A stretch of 64,000 bases of DNA from Anolis carolinensis. Lineage: Eukaryota. Under the pieces are notes generated by a model, which worked only from the letters and a program-made list of their open reading frames with translations, ran no database searches and had not been told where the DNA came from. Positions 1-10,383 of this stretch are shown one piece after another. The position numbers were made by a program, and so were the translations under genes. Numbering within the stretch: position 1 is the stretch's first letter; each line of letters opens with the position of its first letter. The stretch covers positions 20,757,190-20,821,189 of the forward strand of contig NC_085846.1 of assembly GCF_035594765.1 (NCBI RefSeq), read 5' to 3'.

Positions 1-476
1 TAGCCTCTTTTCTTGCATCTGTATTTAATCCAGTTACCAGTGTTTGGGGCTAAGTAGGATTATTTTTGAAGATCCACTGTCAACATGATTGGAAAAAAAT
101 AGAGGGTGGGTTTTTTTGCATCTGGAAACAAGTTTTAGGTGCTAAGATGCTAGAAAGGTTGGGTACACAAAGTTCACAAGTGATTAAATGTGCTTCATGG
201 GCAATTACTTGTCTTATAATCCTGTGCATAGCTTCTTTGTTCCTGTCTTACTGGATCCAACATTTTGTTTACGCAAATACTGTATACTCAGACCTTGCTT
301 TGCTAGGAACTCCATATTAATGCAAGGTACAAAAGCTGGAAGATGAGGGTGATATTTATGACTTCTTCTTGCCTGATAAATATATTCTTGAATGGCTCTG
401 TTATCTGTTTATTTTGTAGTTGTGAAAATTGTACATGCCCTAGCTGATATTCTATCGTGTAAATAAATGTTATAAA

Positions 477-1027
477 CTGGAAGTTGCTGCCAATTGTTAG
501 AGAAATAAGGTTGAACACTGTGAAAGCCACCCACTGTATGGCTAGCAGCTTCCTCCCAGTAGACATAAATCAATGAAAAGTTTCATGAGAACCACTACTC
601 TTCTTAATATTCTTTTAGCTACAACCCTGTGGGCAGAAAAATCAGGTAATCCCAACAGGATGGCCCCCTACGAGGGTCTTCCTCAAGGGCAAACCAAGAA
701 TTGGCAACTTGGAAGTCCCTAAACAGACTCAGAAGTGGAGGTGGCAGATCAAAAGACAACCTGGCAAAATGGCACTACCTGGAAGAATCCTCCACCTTGT
801 GCGATTGTGGAGCAGAACAAACAACTCAGTGCTGCATGCTTGCCCACCATGCCCTGTCTCATGCACAGAGGAAGAACTGTTTACAACTGTAGACAACATG
901 GTCACTGTTGCCCATTTTTGGTCTAAAATTATTTAGCTGCTTGTGGTCCCTTTATTTTATCAGTTCTATACTTATCTATTTATGCAATGTGTTTGACACG
1001 AATTAAATAAATAAATGTAAATAAATA
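477..1027 (+). mobile_element. 5'-truncated, decayed Vingi/Ingi-like non-LTR retrotransposon 3' end
   Basis: Across frameshifts it reads EVAANC..KVEHCESHPLYG..PPSRHKSMKSF and WKSLNRLRSGGGRSKDNLAKWHY..CDCGAEQT..CP..C..FWSKII, a C-terminal zinc-knuckle region. A short UTR and a (TAAA)n tail at ~1004-1026 follow. Confidence 0.75.
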
Positions 1028-2694
1028 GTTTTAGTTTTAGTGTGTGTATTATTAGCACCTGATGATTTGGTTACTAATAGGGAAGTCTGAATTTTGGTTT
1101 GATTTGGAGATCTTGAGAATAGGAAATATAGCAACTAGTTGTTTAAAAAGAAGTCAAAAGCACCTCAATGGGCTCATCTATATGGGACTAATGTGCTCGG
1201 TGTGTGTTTGATCCTCCACTTTTGGTAGGAATCATAGCTTTATCTGGTTTAACCTTACATTAAGAGAAGTCAGGAGATACTACAGACTTTGCCTGAAGTT
1301 TTAGCAATCCCATGGCTTTGGTGCAGTGTAGATAGAAGGAGCAGATTGAATTTGACCAGTCTCCAGTCCACACTATGAATTGCCATCATGAGCAATCGCT
1401 TTAACTTCCATGTGACTTTCACTATCCCAGATGACTTTAAATATGATATCCCCTCCTCCAGCTTTCCTGGTTGTATGGACACCTCTACTGATGTGAGCAA
1501 GAAGTGTCTGCAGAAACCACGAGTTCACATGGAGCTTTGTGGTCATATTGAAGAGCAAAGGCCACATACATGGCAAAGTCGGCAACTGATGTTGTTTCGG
1601 CCCCACAAGACTGGCTAGATACCAATCTGCAGATTCAAGGCCAGTTTGGGGCATTTCTATTCAACTATTTCAGGATTAACTGGCCAGTGTAGATGAGGAC
1701 ATTAACACCCAGTAAATGCTGAGTTCACTTGGTTCAGAGTGGGTTAGAGAGATGGAAAATCTAAATCACATGCTAACTCTTGATCCTGGTTAATTTATCT
1801 AGAATGGACCTGCATGTAGTTTGAAACCTTATCAAATGGTTTTTAGGAAGCTTGTCTTCCAGATTAAACCTGTTCCGTCTCCCAGAGGTTTGGTTTGCAT
1901 TTTTCCATAGCTGTAGAAAATAGCACCTGTTTGCATTTGCTCCAGGGTTGCTGCAGATTCTGCAGCAGTCTGATAGTTAGGATATTAGCAGAGTTTGTAG
2001 CCAGTTCAGCAAAGTCTTTGTTGCTTGCAGCCTGCAAATGTATCAGTTTGTTCTGGAGACCGCCCCTTTTTCTGGGGAAAGAAGGCTCCATTTTGAGAAG
2101 CCTTTTCTGCCTTCTAAACTGAAGAAGAAACAACTTAGATGTGCTTGCGTGGCCAAGCCAGACCAACTCTGTAAAGACCATCGTAAGTACTGACCTGCCT
2201 TTAAAACCAGTGCCGAGCAGAGATAGAGGAAAGATCTGTTCTTTCTAATAGCTTTGGCACTGGGGCAGAGAACATCTCCGGATTTCTTTTCCACTGGAAG
2301 AAGCCCTACCAACTTTGCCTCAAAAACTAGCTTTGAGCTTAGATAGTTATAGACCTTTTTGATAGCAGTTCAGGGCTAGGGTAAAGAGGATCTCAGGATC
2401 TCTTCGCCTTTGGTGGAAGTTAACCCAGCAACTAAAGGGGAAAAGCAAGAAAGGAACATCTGCAAGGTTTTATAAGTTGACTGTTTTTATTTGCAACCTT
2501 AATTACATGTACCAAGTCTGCCAAGGACTTTGTGAAAATAAAATTTTGTTTGATTGTTCTACTTGAAGTGCCTTTGATTACTGGGATTTCCAGAACTTCT
2601 AAGTAAGGCCTCCACAGTTCACCTGGGCAAAGGAAGAAGCACATCCTAAAGCTTAAAAAGGTACCTGGGTGTGACGGCATTAAACCAGTGAAAG

Positions 2695-3369
2695 ATAGGA
2701 GATTTCTGAAATGGTCTTGATGATACAAATGTAAGAGTCCAGGGTTATTAGAAGTGGAAACAAAGTGACTAAAGAGGAGACTAAAAAGGCTGCTATTTCA
2801 ACTGCTAGAGTATCTTGGTGGGACAGTCTTATCACAGGGGTAAATCACAGAAAAAATATTTAAATTTGTTGGATCCACCAAAACATAGTTGAAATTTCAA
2901 CAAAATTATGAGACCAATCCAGTGAGCCATGATCCTGAAATCAGGACATTGCAGATTTTGGAATTCATGAACATCGCACAATGGGGAGATTTACATATTG
3001 TTAACTAATGATCATGTGCGATCACTGCAAGGAAGTAACATTCTGTACTAGCAAATAACCCAAAGAAATACAATTGTGCAAAACAGCTCCTAAGATATTA
3101 ATTTGTTCCCACTCAAAAAATTCGCAAGCATCCATGGCATGATGGTGAGCTGTAGCAAGTCTCTAGGAAGGCCAAATTTCCAAGAAGAAATACATGGGTG
3201 GGTAAAAATGTTGATTAAGAACTATTAGAATGATAGTTAGGAGGTTCCAAGTAACAATGTAGATGGGTAGGAATAACACAAAAAACAATGTATGCAGTTT
3301 ATCATTGTTAAAATCCACAAGGATAAAGATGAGGGGATTCCTCTGGTTAACCATTCCTTGGTCCATATT
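2695..3369 (-). pseudogene. Olfactory receptor pseudogene, multiply frameshifted and truncated after TM5
   Basis: Reads MDQGMVNQ..IFILVDF..PPMYFFL, then a frameshift, then NLAFLETCYSS, GCFAQLYFFG..STECYFLAV, KYFFCD, another shift, then PVIRLSHQDT..LFPLLITLDSYICIIKTISEIS. It has internal stops and no KAFSTC or NPxIY region. Confidence 0.85.
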
Positions 3370-4238
3370 CCAGGACACCTGGAATAGCAAAGAATAGCAG
3401 GAAAGGCTATGATGAGTAATGCAGAAATAATTTTAATTCAATTTCTATCTAATGATGGCTGTTTGAATATATTCCCCAGTTAGAGATATCATCACCAGTA
3501 CAAAAAACATGTGCACTCTTCTTAACAGTGAACATAATAACTGAAATAAGGCAACATTAATACAACCAAAATGCAGGTGCTGTTCTCAGTCCACAATGCT
3601 AGGGTTTTGGTGGAATCTATAACTAGATATTTTCGGAACCAGTTTAAACACGAGCTAACTATTACACAAGTTTACAATGATAACATTAAGCTTTGACAAT
3701 GTAACATTTATGTAAATACTATTCATGCAGCTATCCCAGTTTTAAACAGTTGTTTTCTAGTTGTAGGTTTTTGGGTGCCTAAGGTGGAACCTTCAACAAA
3801 CCTTTAAGTATCTCAAATTTTCCTCTGGTTCAGGTCAACACCTGAGTCATGAAAAAAGAAGGACTAAATAATAACGTTAACTTTAAAAAAATGCCTAGAT
3901 AGGATCAATTGTCAGACGTGGATGAATTAAACTTCAGATATCAGTTCTGTGGGTGGTTGAGGGTGCTTTTTGTCTGGAAGAAAAATTCAACAACTTCATA
4001 TTTACATTGGCCATTAATGTGGACTGCTATCAAAATATTTCTGGCTTCTATTTACAATGTGGATTGTGTACTGTTAATTTCGACATATCCTTTCATTATG
4101 CACACATATGTTTTATATTCATATCCTTTCTGTTTATAACCCTTCAGATGTTCATATCACCTTGATACCTGAAACATTCTCCCTAACAAAGCAAATGTTC
4201 CCTAACTCAGCTCAAAATAACTAACTTTCATTTTTGGA

Positions 4239-5201
4239 TCACATTCCCTCTCTCTTTAAAATTACCCATTTATTAATTCCTCTTTTCAGAGTCTCTTTGA
4301 CCTCTTGATTTCTTAGGCTGTAGATGAGAGGATTCACCATGGGAGTCAGAACAGTATAAAAGAGGGAGAATATTTTGTGCAGATCTCCATGGGCATTACC
4401 TTTTGGTAAAATGTATACAACTATTAAGGTGCCATAAAATATTGTAACCACCATGAGGTGTGAGGAGCAGGTAGAAAAAGCCTTCTTCTTTCCAGTAGTT
4501 GATGGGATCCTAAGAATTGTGGCAATAATATAGAAATATGATGTCAGTGTCAAAATAAATGGGGGGAAAATATCAACGGAAGAGAGTATGACAGCTAAAA
4601 CCTGAATCAACTGAGTGTCGCTATGAGCAAGTTTTATAACTGAAGGGAAATCACAAAAGAAGTGGTTGATTTCATTAGAGCCACAGTAAAGTAAAGAAGA
4701 CATTAAGATTATGATAATGCTAATTGGTAAAAATGCACTTATCCAAGAGCCAGCTGCAAGCTGAATAGAAAACTTGTCATTCATTAGGTTTCCGTAATGC
4801 AGTGGTTGACAAATTGCTAGGTATCGATCATAAGACATCACTGCCAGAAGGTAACACTCCGTACACACAAGGAATCCAAAAAAGTAGAGCTGCACCACAC
4901 AGCCAGTAATGGAAATGGTCCTGTCCCCAGTTAGTAAACTAACCAGCATCCTAGGCAGGATAGTTGAGCTGTAAAATGTCTCCATGCAAGATAGATTTCC
5001 CAGGAAAAAGTACATTGGTGTGCGGAGATGCTGACTGGATACCACGAGGAAAATGATGGTGAGGTTTCCAACCATGGTGGTCATATAAATTACCAGAAAA
5101 AAGAGGAAGAACAGTAAATGCAAATCCTTCAGTGTTCCAAATCCCAGGATGATGAATTCCGAGATACCAGTTTGGTTTAAACATGCAGTATTTGGTATCA
5201 T
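4239..5201 (-). CDS. Olfactory receptor, class II (OR10/OR11-like), 320 aa, intact
   Basis: Motifs NQT glycosylation site, [55 protein letters not shown] polypyrimidine/AG acceptor lies just upstream of the ATG (5208-5230). Confidence 0.95.
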   Translation of the reverse strand: MIPNTACLNQTGISEFIILGFGTLKDLHLLFFLFFLVIYMTTMVGNLTIIFLVVSSQHLRTPMYFFLGNLSCMETFYSSTILPRMLVSLLTGDRTISITGCVVQLYFFGFLVCTECYLLAVMSYDRYLAICQPLHYGNLMNDKFSIQLAAGSWISAFLPISIIIILMSSLLYCGSNEINHFFCDFPSVIKLAHSDTQLIQVLAVILSSVDIFPPFILTLTSYFYIIATILRIPSTTGKKKAFSTCSSHLMVVTIFYGTLIVVYILPKGNAHGDLHKIFSLFYTVLTPMVNPLIYSLRNQEVKETLKRGINKWVILKREGM

Positions 5202-5526
5202 TGTAATCTGTTTATGAAAAGAAAAACAAGAACCCTGTGCTTATTAAAACAGTTTTCTTAAGGAGAGGATTGGCCAAAAAAAAGTTTTGGGATTTTTTCC
5301 CTCTCAATCTGAGGGGAAAAAATATGTGAAGACTTCAGGAAGGAAGGTGTATTTGCAATGGTCATACAAGGAGAGTACTATGGACATTTATATAGACCAT
5401 GTTGACCAACTTCCTTTATTGAACAAATCCTGAAGTCAGAACTCGGTAGTAGTCAAATTTGAATCCCAGCAATATTTTTCTCAGATAAAATAAAATCTAA
5501 AACAGTCTCAAATTTGCAAATGATAT

Positions 5527-6620
5527 CCCTATCAAATTTGCAGAAGATACAAACTAAGGATATGTGAAATGGCAGAAATCTATTCTGTTTTCGCTCTGTT
5601 TTCAGGTCCGTTCCCCCACCTCCCTAGTTGTGTTTTTGGGAAGATTATTCCTGAAATGGAACTCTAGATCCCAAAATCCAGATCCGAATGCCCCCCCCCC
5701 TTTTAATCTCCCAGAATCTTCCTGAAAACAGAATCCGGGAGGGGGGCACATAAAAATTGATTTCTGCCATTTCGCACATCCCTAATAAATTGGGATAGGT
5801 AGCTACTACACTGGAAGTTAAGAACAGAATTCAAAAGGACCTTAATAAACTAATAAGATGACTGAAATTAATAAAATGAGACAAAATTCTACATTTAGGT
5901 CACAGAAACCAAATTCACAGTTATAGAATGGGGTGGGTGGGTGGGGGGTACTTGCTTCACGAATACTACGTGTGGAAAAGACATGGGGGTTATTGTTGAT
6001 CCTAAATGGAATATGTGCCAGCATATTCTGATTTTAGTTTGCAATAATAGAGGTATAGTTTCCAAGCCAAAAGAAGTAATAGTCCCACTATATTTTGCAA
6101 CTGCCAGGCATCCAAATGAGGTCTGTGTTCAGTTCTGGGTGCTTCATTTTAAGAGGAATATAGGCATATTGGAGCAGATTCAGAAGAAGGATAATAAGAG
6201 ATATAGAGAAAAAAAAACATGAGGAAAGGTTAACGGAGATGGGCATATTCAACATGTTGAAAAGAACACTGAGGGAATGATATAATCATAGTTTTTTAAA
6301 TACCTTTATGGCTGCGACAAAGAGGGAAAGGTACAGACTTGTTCTCTGCTGCTTTCGGGGATAGAATTAATGGTTTTAAGTTACAGGAGAGTAGATTTTG
6401 ATTGAACATTAGAAAAAGCTTATTTACATTGAGAGTGGTTTGGCATTGGAAGAAATTAACTAAAGAGGTGTTGTGGGGTTGCTTTCACTGGATGTCTTCA
6501 AAAAGAATCTGGACAGCTACCTGCTGGGAATGGTCTCATTGGAAATCCTTAATTCGGCTTGAGGTTGGACATAATGGATTATAAATTCCCTTCCAAAGCC
6601 CTTTCATATATGATTATATG
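5527..6620 (+). mobile_element. Decayed CR1 LINE 3' portion, interrupted by a MITE
   Basis: Remnant peptides IKFAEDT(N/K)L, RIQKDL, KILHLGHRNQIHSYRMG, KDMGVIVD, CVQFW..HFKR and LNIRKS. It ends in a CR1-like ggttggac...cccttccaa...atgattatatga terminus. Confidence 0.8.
5556..5784. mobile_element. ~230-bp MITE with ~25-bp terminal inverted repeats, nested in the CR1
   Basis: aaggatatgtgaaatggcagaaatc (5556-5580) pairs with gatttctgccatttcgcacatccct (5759-5783). Confidence 0.75.
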
Positions 6621-7459
6621 AAAAGGTAGGGACCCTTTCATAACTATTAGACCTTCTAACCAACACATAGACATTTTTCATTGCAGATATCCATTCTCCT
6701 GATAAGATGAAATAATGCGAGGAAAAAACATATTTCCAAATAGTACATCTCCCTAATACAAAATGTTATGAAAACACTTGCATTAAAATAAGTAAAAGGA
6801 AACCCATATAAGAGATGTACATGGTTGAGAGAGAAAAGCTGTGTTTGTGAATGTGCATTCATGTGCGTGAGAATTGCATAGAAACATATTGGAAGAATGA
6901 ACATTCTATTCCAAAAGCTCAAGACTATCCCTTGAAAACCATGAGTTTAATCAATTTACTCACATATATGGCATTATTACTTCCAATTCCTAAAAGGATC
7001 AATGTTGCGTGATCTCTAAAAGGCCAGTTGAAATATCTTTGCCTTACCTGTATATATGTGTCTTTTGTTGAGAAGAGAATATTCTAAATAGTTCTTTCAG
7101 TTGTATTTATATTTGTGCATTCATACCTATACTGAGCTCAAATACATCATCCAATTTTATTTTTAAAATACCATGAAGTCCCCCAAGAGCAATCATTGCA
7201 TTCAGATGTGATTTACTGATTTCTATTCAATGAAAATCATTTCCCATTTGGGAGAAAGCGAATAATATGGTTTTATCAAAACGAAAAGAGATGTAGATTC
7301 TTGAATTCAGAGAGGCTTTTAACAACATTTTTCTATCCTTCTGAGAGACATTCAGATTAAAATCAAATTAACCCTTCTTCGAAAAATCAAAACTAACAGC
7401 AGATTTACTTGCAAACTGATTAAATGGCAATTTCAAAATTCATTTTTGTTGGTGTTGCT

Positions 7460-7625
7460 GTTATTTAGACCCCATTTTTCCCTCCACAAAGGAAACTCAA
7501 AGCGACTTACAATAAAAACAGTTCAATACAATTTAAGACCCAAAATATATAAACATTAAAATAGAATTAAACATCAATTTAAAAAGAACAGTTAAAATCC
7601 TTCAACCAATTTAGAATGCATTCAA
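7460..7625 (-). mobile_element. Decayed L2-type 3' end
   Basis: The reverse complement resembles the L2 tail at 39290-39486: a T-rich UTR followed by gtaagtcgctttgagt. Confidence 0.5.
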
Positions 7626-8013
7626 ATATACATTACAATACTCTGTGATTCTGTCACATTGCCATTCCCTTAGTGCTGACAGGAAGAGATCTGAAACCTA
7701 AAAGAGATATCTAGCACATGAGATGATTGACAAGAATAACAAGAATGTTAAGACAATCTCCAAGATTCTAGATTTTTTTTTCAAAGGTAAGATATTTATG
7801 CTAAATATATTTGGCACAAATTGCAGAAACATTGACAAAAACCACATCTCAGTTTCATGTTGGAGAGAAATCACTCAAAGCAGTTGGGAAGCATTCAAAA
7901 TGCTGTCTCCCTGCACTGAGATGGCCACTATCAATTATAATCTCAACAATGGGAAAGATGCTTACCATTCCTAATTGTACAGAATCGTCTTAAAAGATAG
8001 TAAGGCTTACTCA

Positions 8014-8372
8014 GGCCCCTTCTACTGCCATATAATAAAGATTATCAAAGCAGATTTTTTATCATGTCAGAAGCAAATTGAGGGTACTGTTATAATGTAT
8101 TTTTAAAAACACTAACAATTTTTTAAAACTTGACTTTATTCTAGATTTCCTTTGAACAGAAGCTGGCCAATTGGAGTGCCTCTGGTGTTGCTGTGAGAAG
8201 GTCCTCCATTGTGTATGTGGCAGGGCTCAAACTACATTGTAGTAAGTGGTCTGTGGTTTCCTCTTCTCCACATTATCTGCTTTTAACTGAATTATATGAG
8301 TCAGTCTACATTGCCATATAATCTAGTTCAAAACAGATAATCTGGATTTTATATGTCTGTGTAGAAGGGGCC
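8014..8372. mobile_element. Non-autonomous DNA transposon (Harbinger/PIF-type MITE) with 3-bp TCA TSD
   Basis: TIRs ggccccttctac ... gtagaaggggcc, with TCA on both flanks (8011-8013, 8373-8375). Related shorter copies are at 50380-50454, ~54236-54306 and ~60187-60280. Confidence 0.7.
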
Positions 8373-8709
8373 TCAGTGGTACTCAAAATGGTAATTCATG
8401 GACCAGCGATTGTCCAAAATTTCTGCTGAATTTCCTGGAAAAAAGGTAAATGTTGCAATAGCCTTGGCACACTGGAAAGAAAATAATTGCTGGTCTCTTA
8501 CACTAGCTAGGTCTCCCTGCTCCAGGTCCATCTTCTCTGACTTTATGCTTACTACACTTTCAATTTCCCTAGCTCTCAGGGGCCTTCTACACTGGCAGGC
8601 AATGCGGGTCCAACTTGGTGCTTGGGATGTCAGATCAATTCTGCACAGTGTTCTGGTTAGGACTCCCTCAACCACCTCAGAGGCTGGAGAGAGTTCCTAC
8701 TGCCTAGAT

Positions 8710-8768
8710 CGGGCATGGGCAAACTTTGGCCCTCCAGGTGTTTTGGACTTCAAGTTTGCCCATGTCTG
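8710..8768. mobile_element. Mini hAT-type MITE (59 bp)
   Basis: TIRs cgggcatgggcaaactt / aagtttgcccatgtctg with an imperfect 8-bp TSD gcctagat/ccctagct. Same family as 26374-26508. Confidence 0.65.
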
Positions 8769-9859
8769 CCCTAGCTGCACCAAACACAGTTCCACACTAG
8801 TGGACAGCTACCTTAGGAGTCTCCTTCTGCCACTCATGTCTCAGCTGTTCCCAGCTATGCCATGCCACCTAACTGCTCCTAATGTTGTTGTGGCTGGGAA
8901 CAGTCAAAACATGAGGGGAGGGTGTGCCGTTCGCCAGACAATAAAAAAACTATAAAGCTGAAACGTGCCGTCCTTTATCCGGGCGAACTGCAAATCCCTA
9001 TAAGCTGTCCTAAAAATATTGAACGACTGAGTCTGGAAAACTTCAAAAAAGGATGTTTATTCATACAAGGTTGTAAACCTGGCACAGATCTTAAAATTAC
9101 AGAAAATGAAACAAATTTCTATAGGTTTTAGTTGCAGAATTATCCCTGGTTCCAGAAGGCAAAGGTGATTATAAAACCATTATACCCTAATCACGCTGTC
9201 TATATTAGAAGGAGAAACTCTTTCCTTCCCTATCTTTACAGCAAAGATTAGTTCTAGAAGCGACGGAATAACCCTGCTCCTCTAACTAGATTTCCTATTC
9301 CAGATCAGTATAATTCAATAGGCTTGATCGATCCATGAAAAATTTGATTCTAAACTCGTTTCAAAACTAGAGGGGGCAGTTTTTCGTTTTTGTTGCTAAT
9401 AACGAATTTGGCCCCCAAAATTTTTCGAAATTAACGAAAATTCGTTATTTTCGAAATTAATTCGTTAATGGCGGACGCGCATGCGCGGTGGCTCAAAAAC
9501 AGCCCGAAGGGGGGGGGACTTAGGGGGCTCTCCCGCCCTCATTTTTTGAGTGATCTTCTTCAAACTTGGTACAGTGGTAGAACACATTTAACACTGATAG
9601 GTCACCAAAATGTGGAACGTTTCCCTTATCCTCTGATTTTTGGCAAATTTTCATAGCTTTTATAATAAACCATTTTTTAATAATTGCAGAAATCTGTTCC
9701 TGGTTTGAAAGTCTTATTTCCTGTTAAATTGGGTTGTCTTTACTGTGAAAGTCATTGTTCTACTTCAGAAACTTTGTTTTTGTGGCTGAAACTTTGTTAA
9801 ATTGGTGTGTGTGTGATATATATTGTGTATATAGTCCCTGCTTGTGTGTGTGTGTGTGT

Positions 9860-10020
9860 AGGTAAAGGTAAAGGTATCCCTTGACGTTAAGTTCAGTCAT
9901 GTCTGACTCTGGGGGTTGGTGCTCATCTCCATTTCTAAGCCCAAGAGCCAGTGTTGTCCATAGACACCTCCAAGGTCATGTGGCCGGCATGACTACATGG
10001 AGTGCCATTACCTTCCCAGA
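9860..10020 (-). mobile_element. Sauria SINE 3' half, inside the hAT element
   Basis: Reverse complement of the 16615-16770 segment, including the (ACCTTT)n tail, next to a (TG)n tract. Confidence 0.85.
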
Positions 10021-10024
10021 AACA

Positions 10025-10383
10025 CCCAGAAAATGGGAATTCCAGACAGGAAACAATCAGGGCCAGCTAATACCTCCCAACAAAGGATTCCCCCAGGTAG
10101 GAAGCAGCCAGGCTTTGAAGCTGCAAGGCTATTCAATGCTAATCAAGGTGACCAATTGCAACATTCACACTTGCCTCCCACAGACAAGAGTTCTTTCTCC
10201 CACCCTGGACCTTCCACAGATATATAAACCCCACTTGCCTAGCTTCGCACAGACGTCAAAACCTCTATGTCTGCCACAGATGTGGGTGAAACGTCAGGAG
10301 AGAATGCTTCTGGCACATGGCCATAGAGCCCGGAATACATACCACAACAGTGTGATCCCGGCCATGAAAGCTTTCGACAACAC
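10025..10383 (+). mobile_element. Penelope-like element terminal-repeat fragment with a core-deleted hammerhead motif
   Basis: Shares gccacagatgtgggtgaaacgtcaggagagaatgcttctgg...ggccatgaaagc..cgacaacac with 14112-14250 and 37205-37306. The family is linked to the GIY-YIG remnant at 14640-14870. Confidence 0.75.

Noticed and set aside
8398-8955. 185-aa ORF
   Set aside because: It runs through MITE sequences, including 8710-8768, and has no protein motif.
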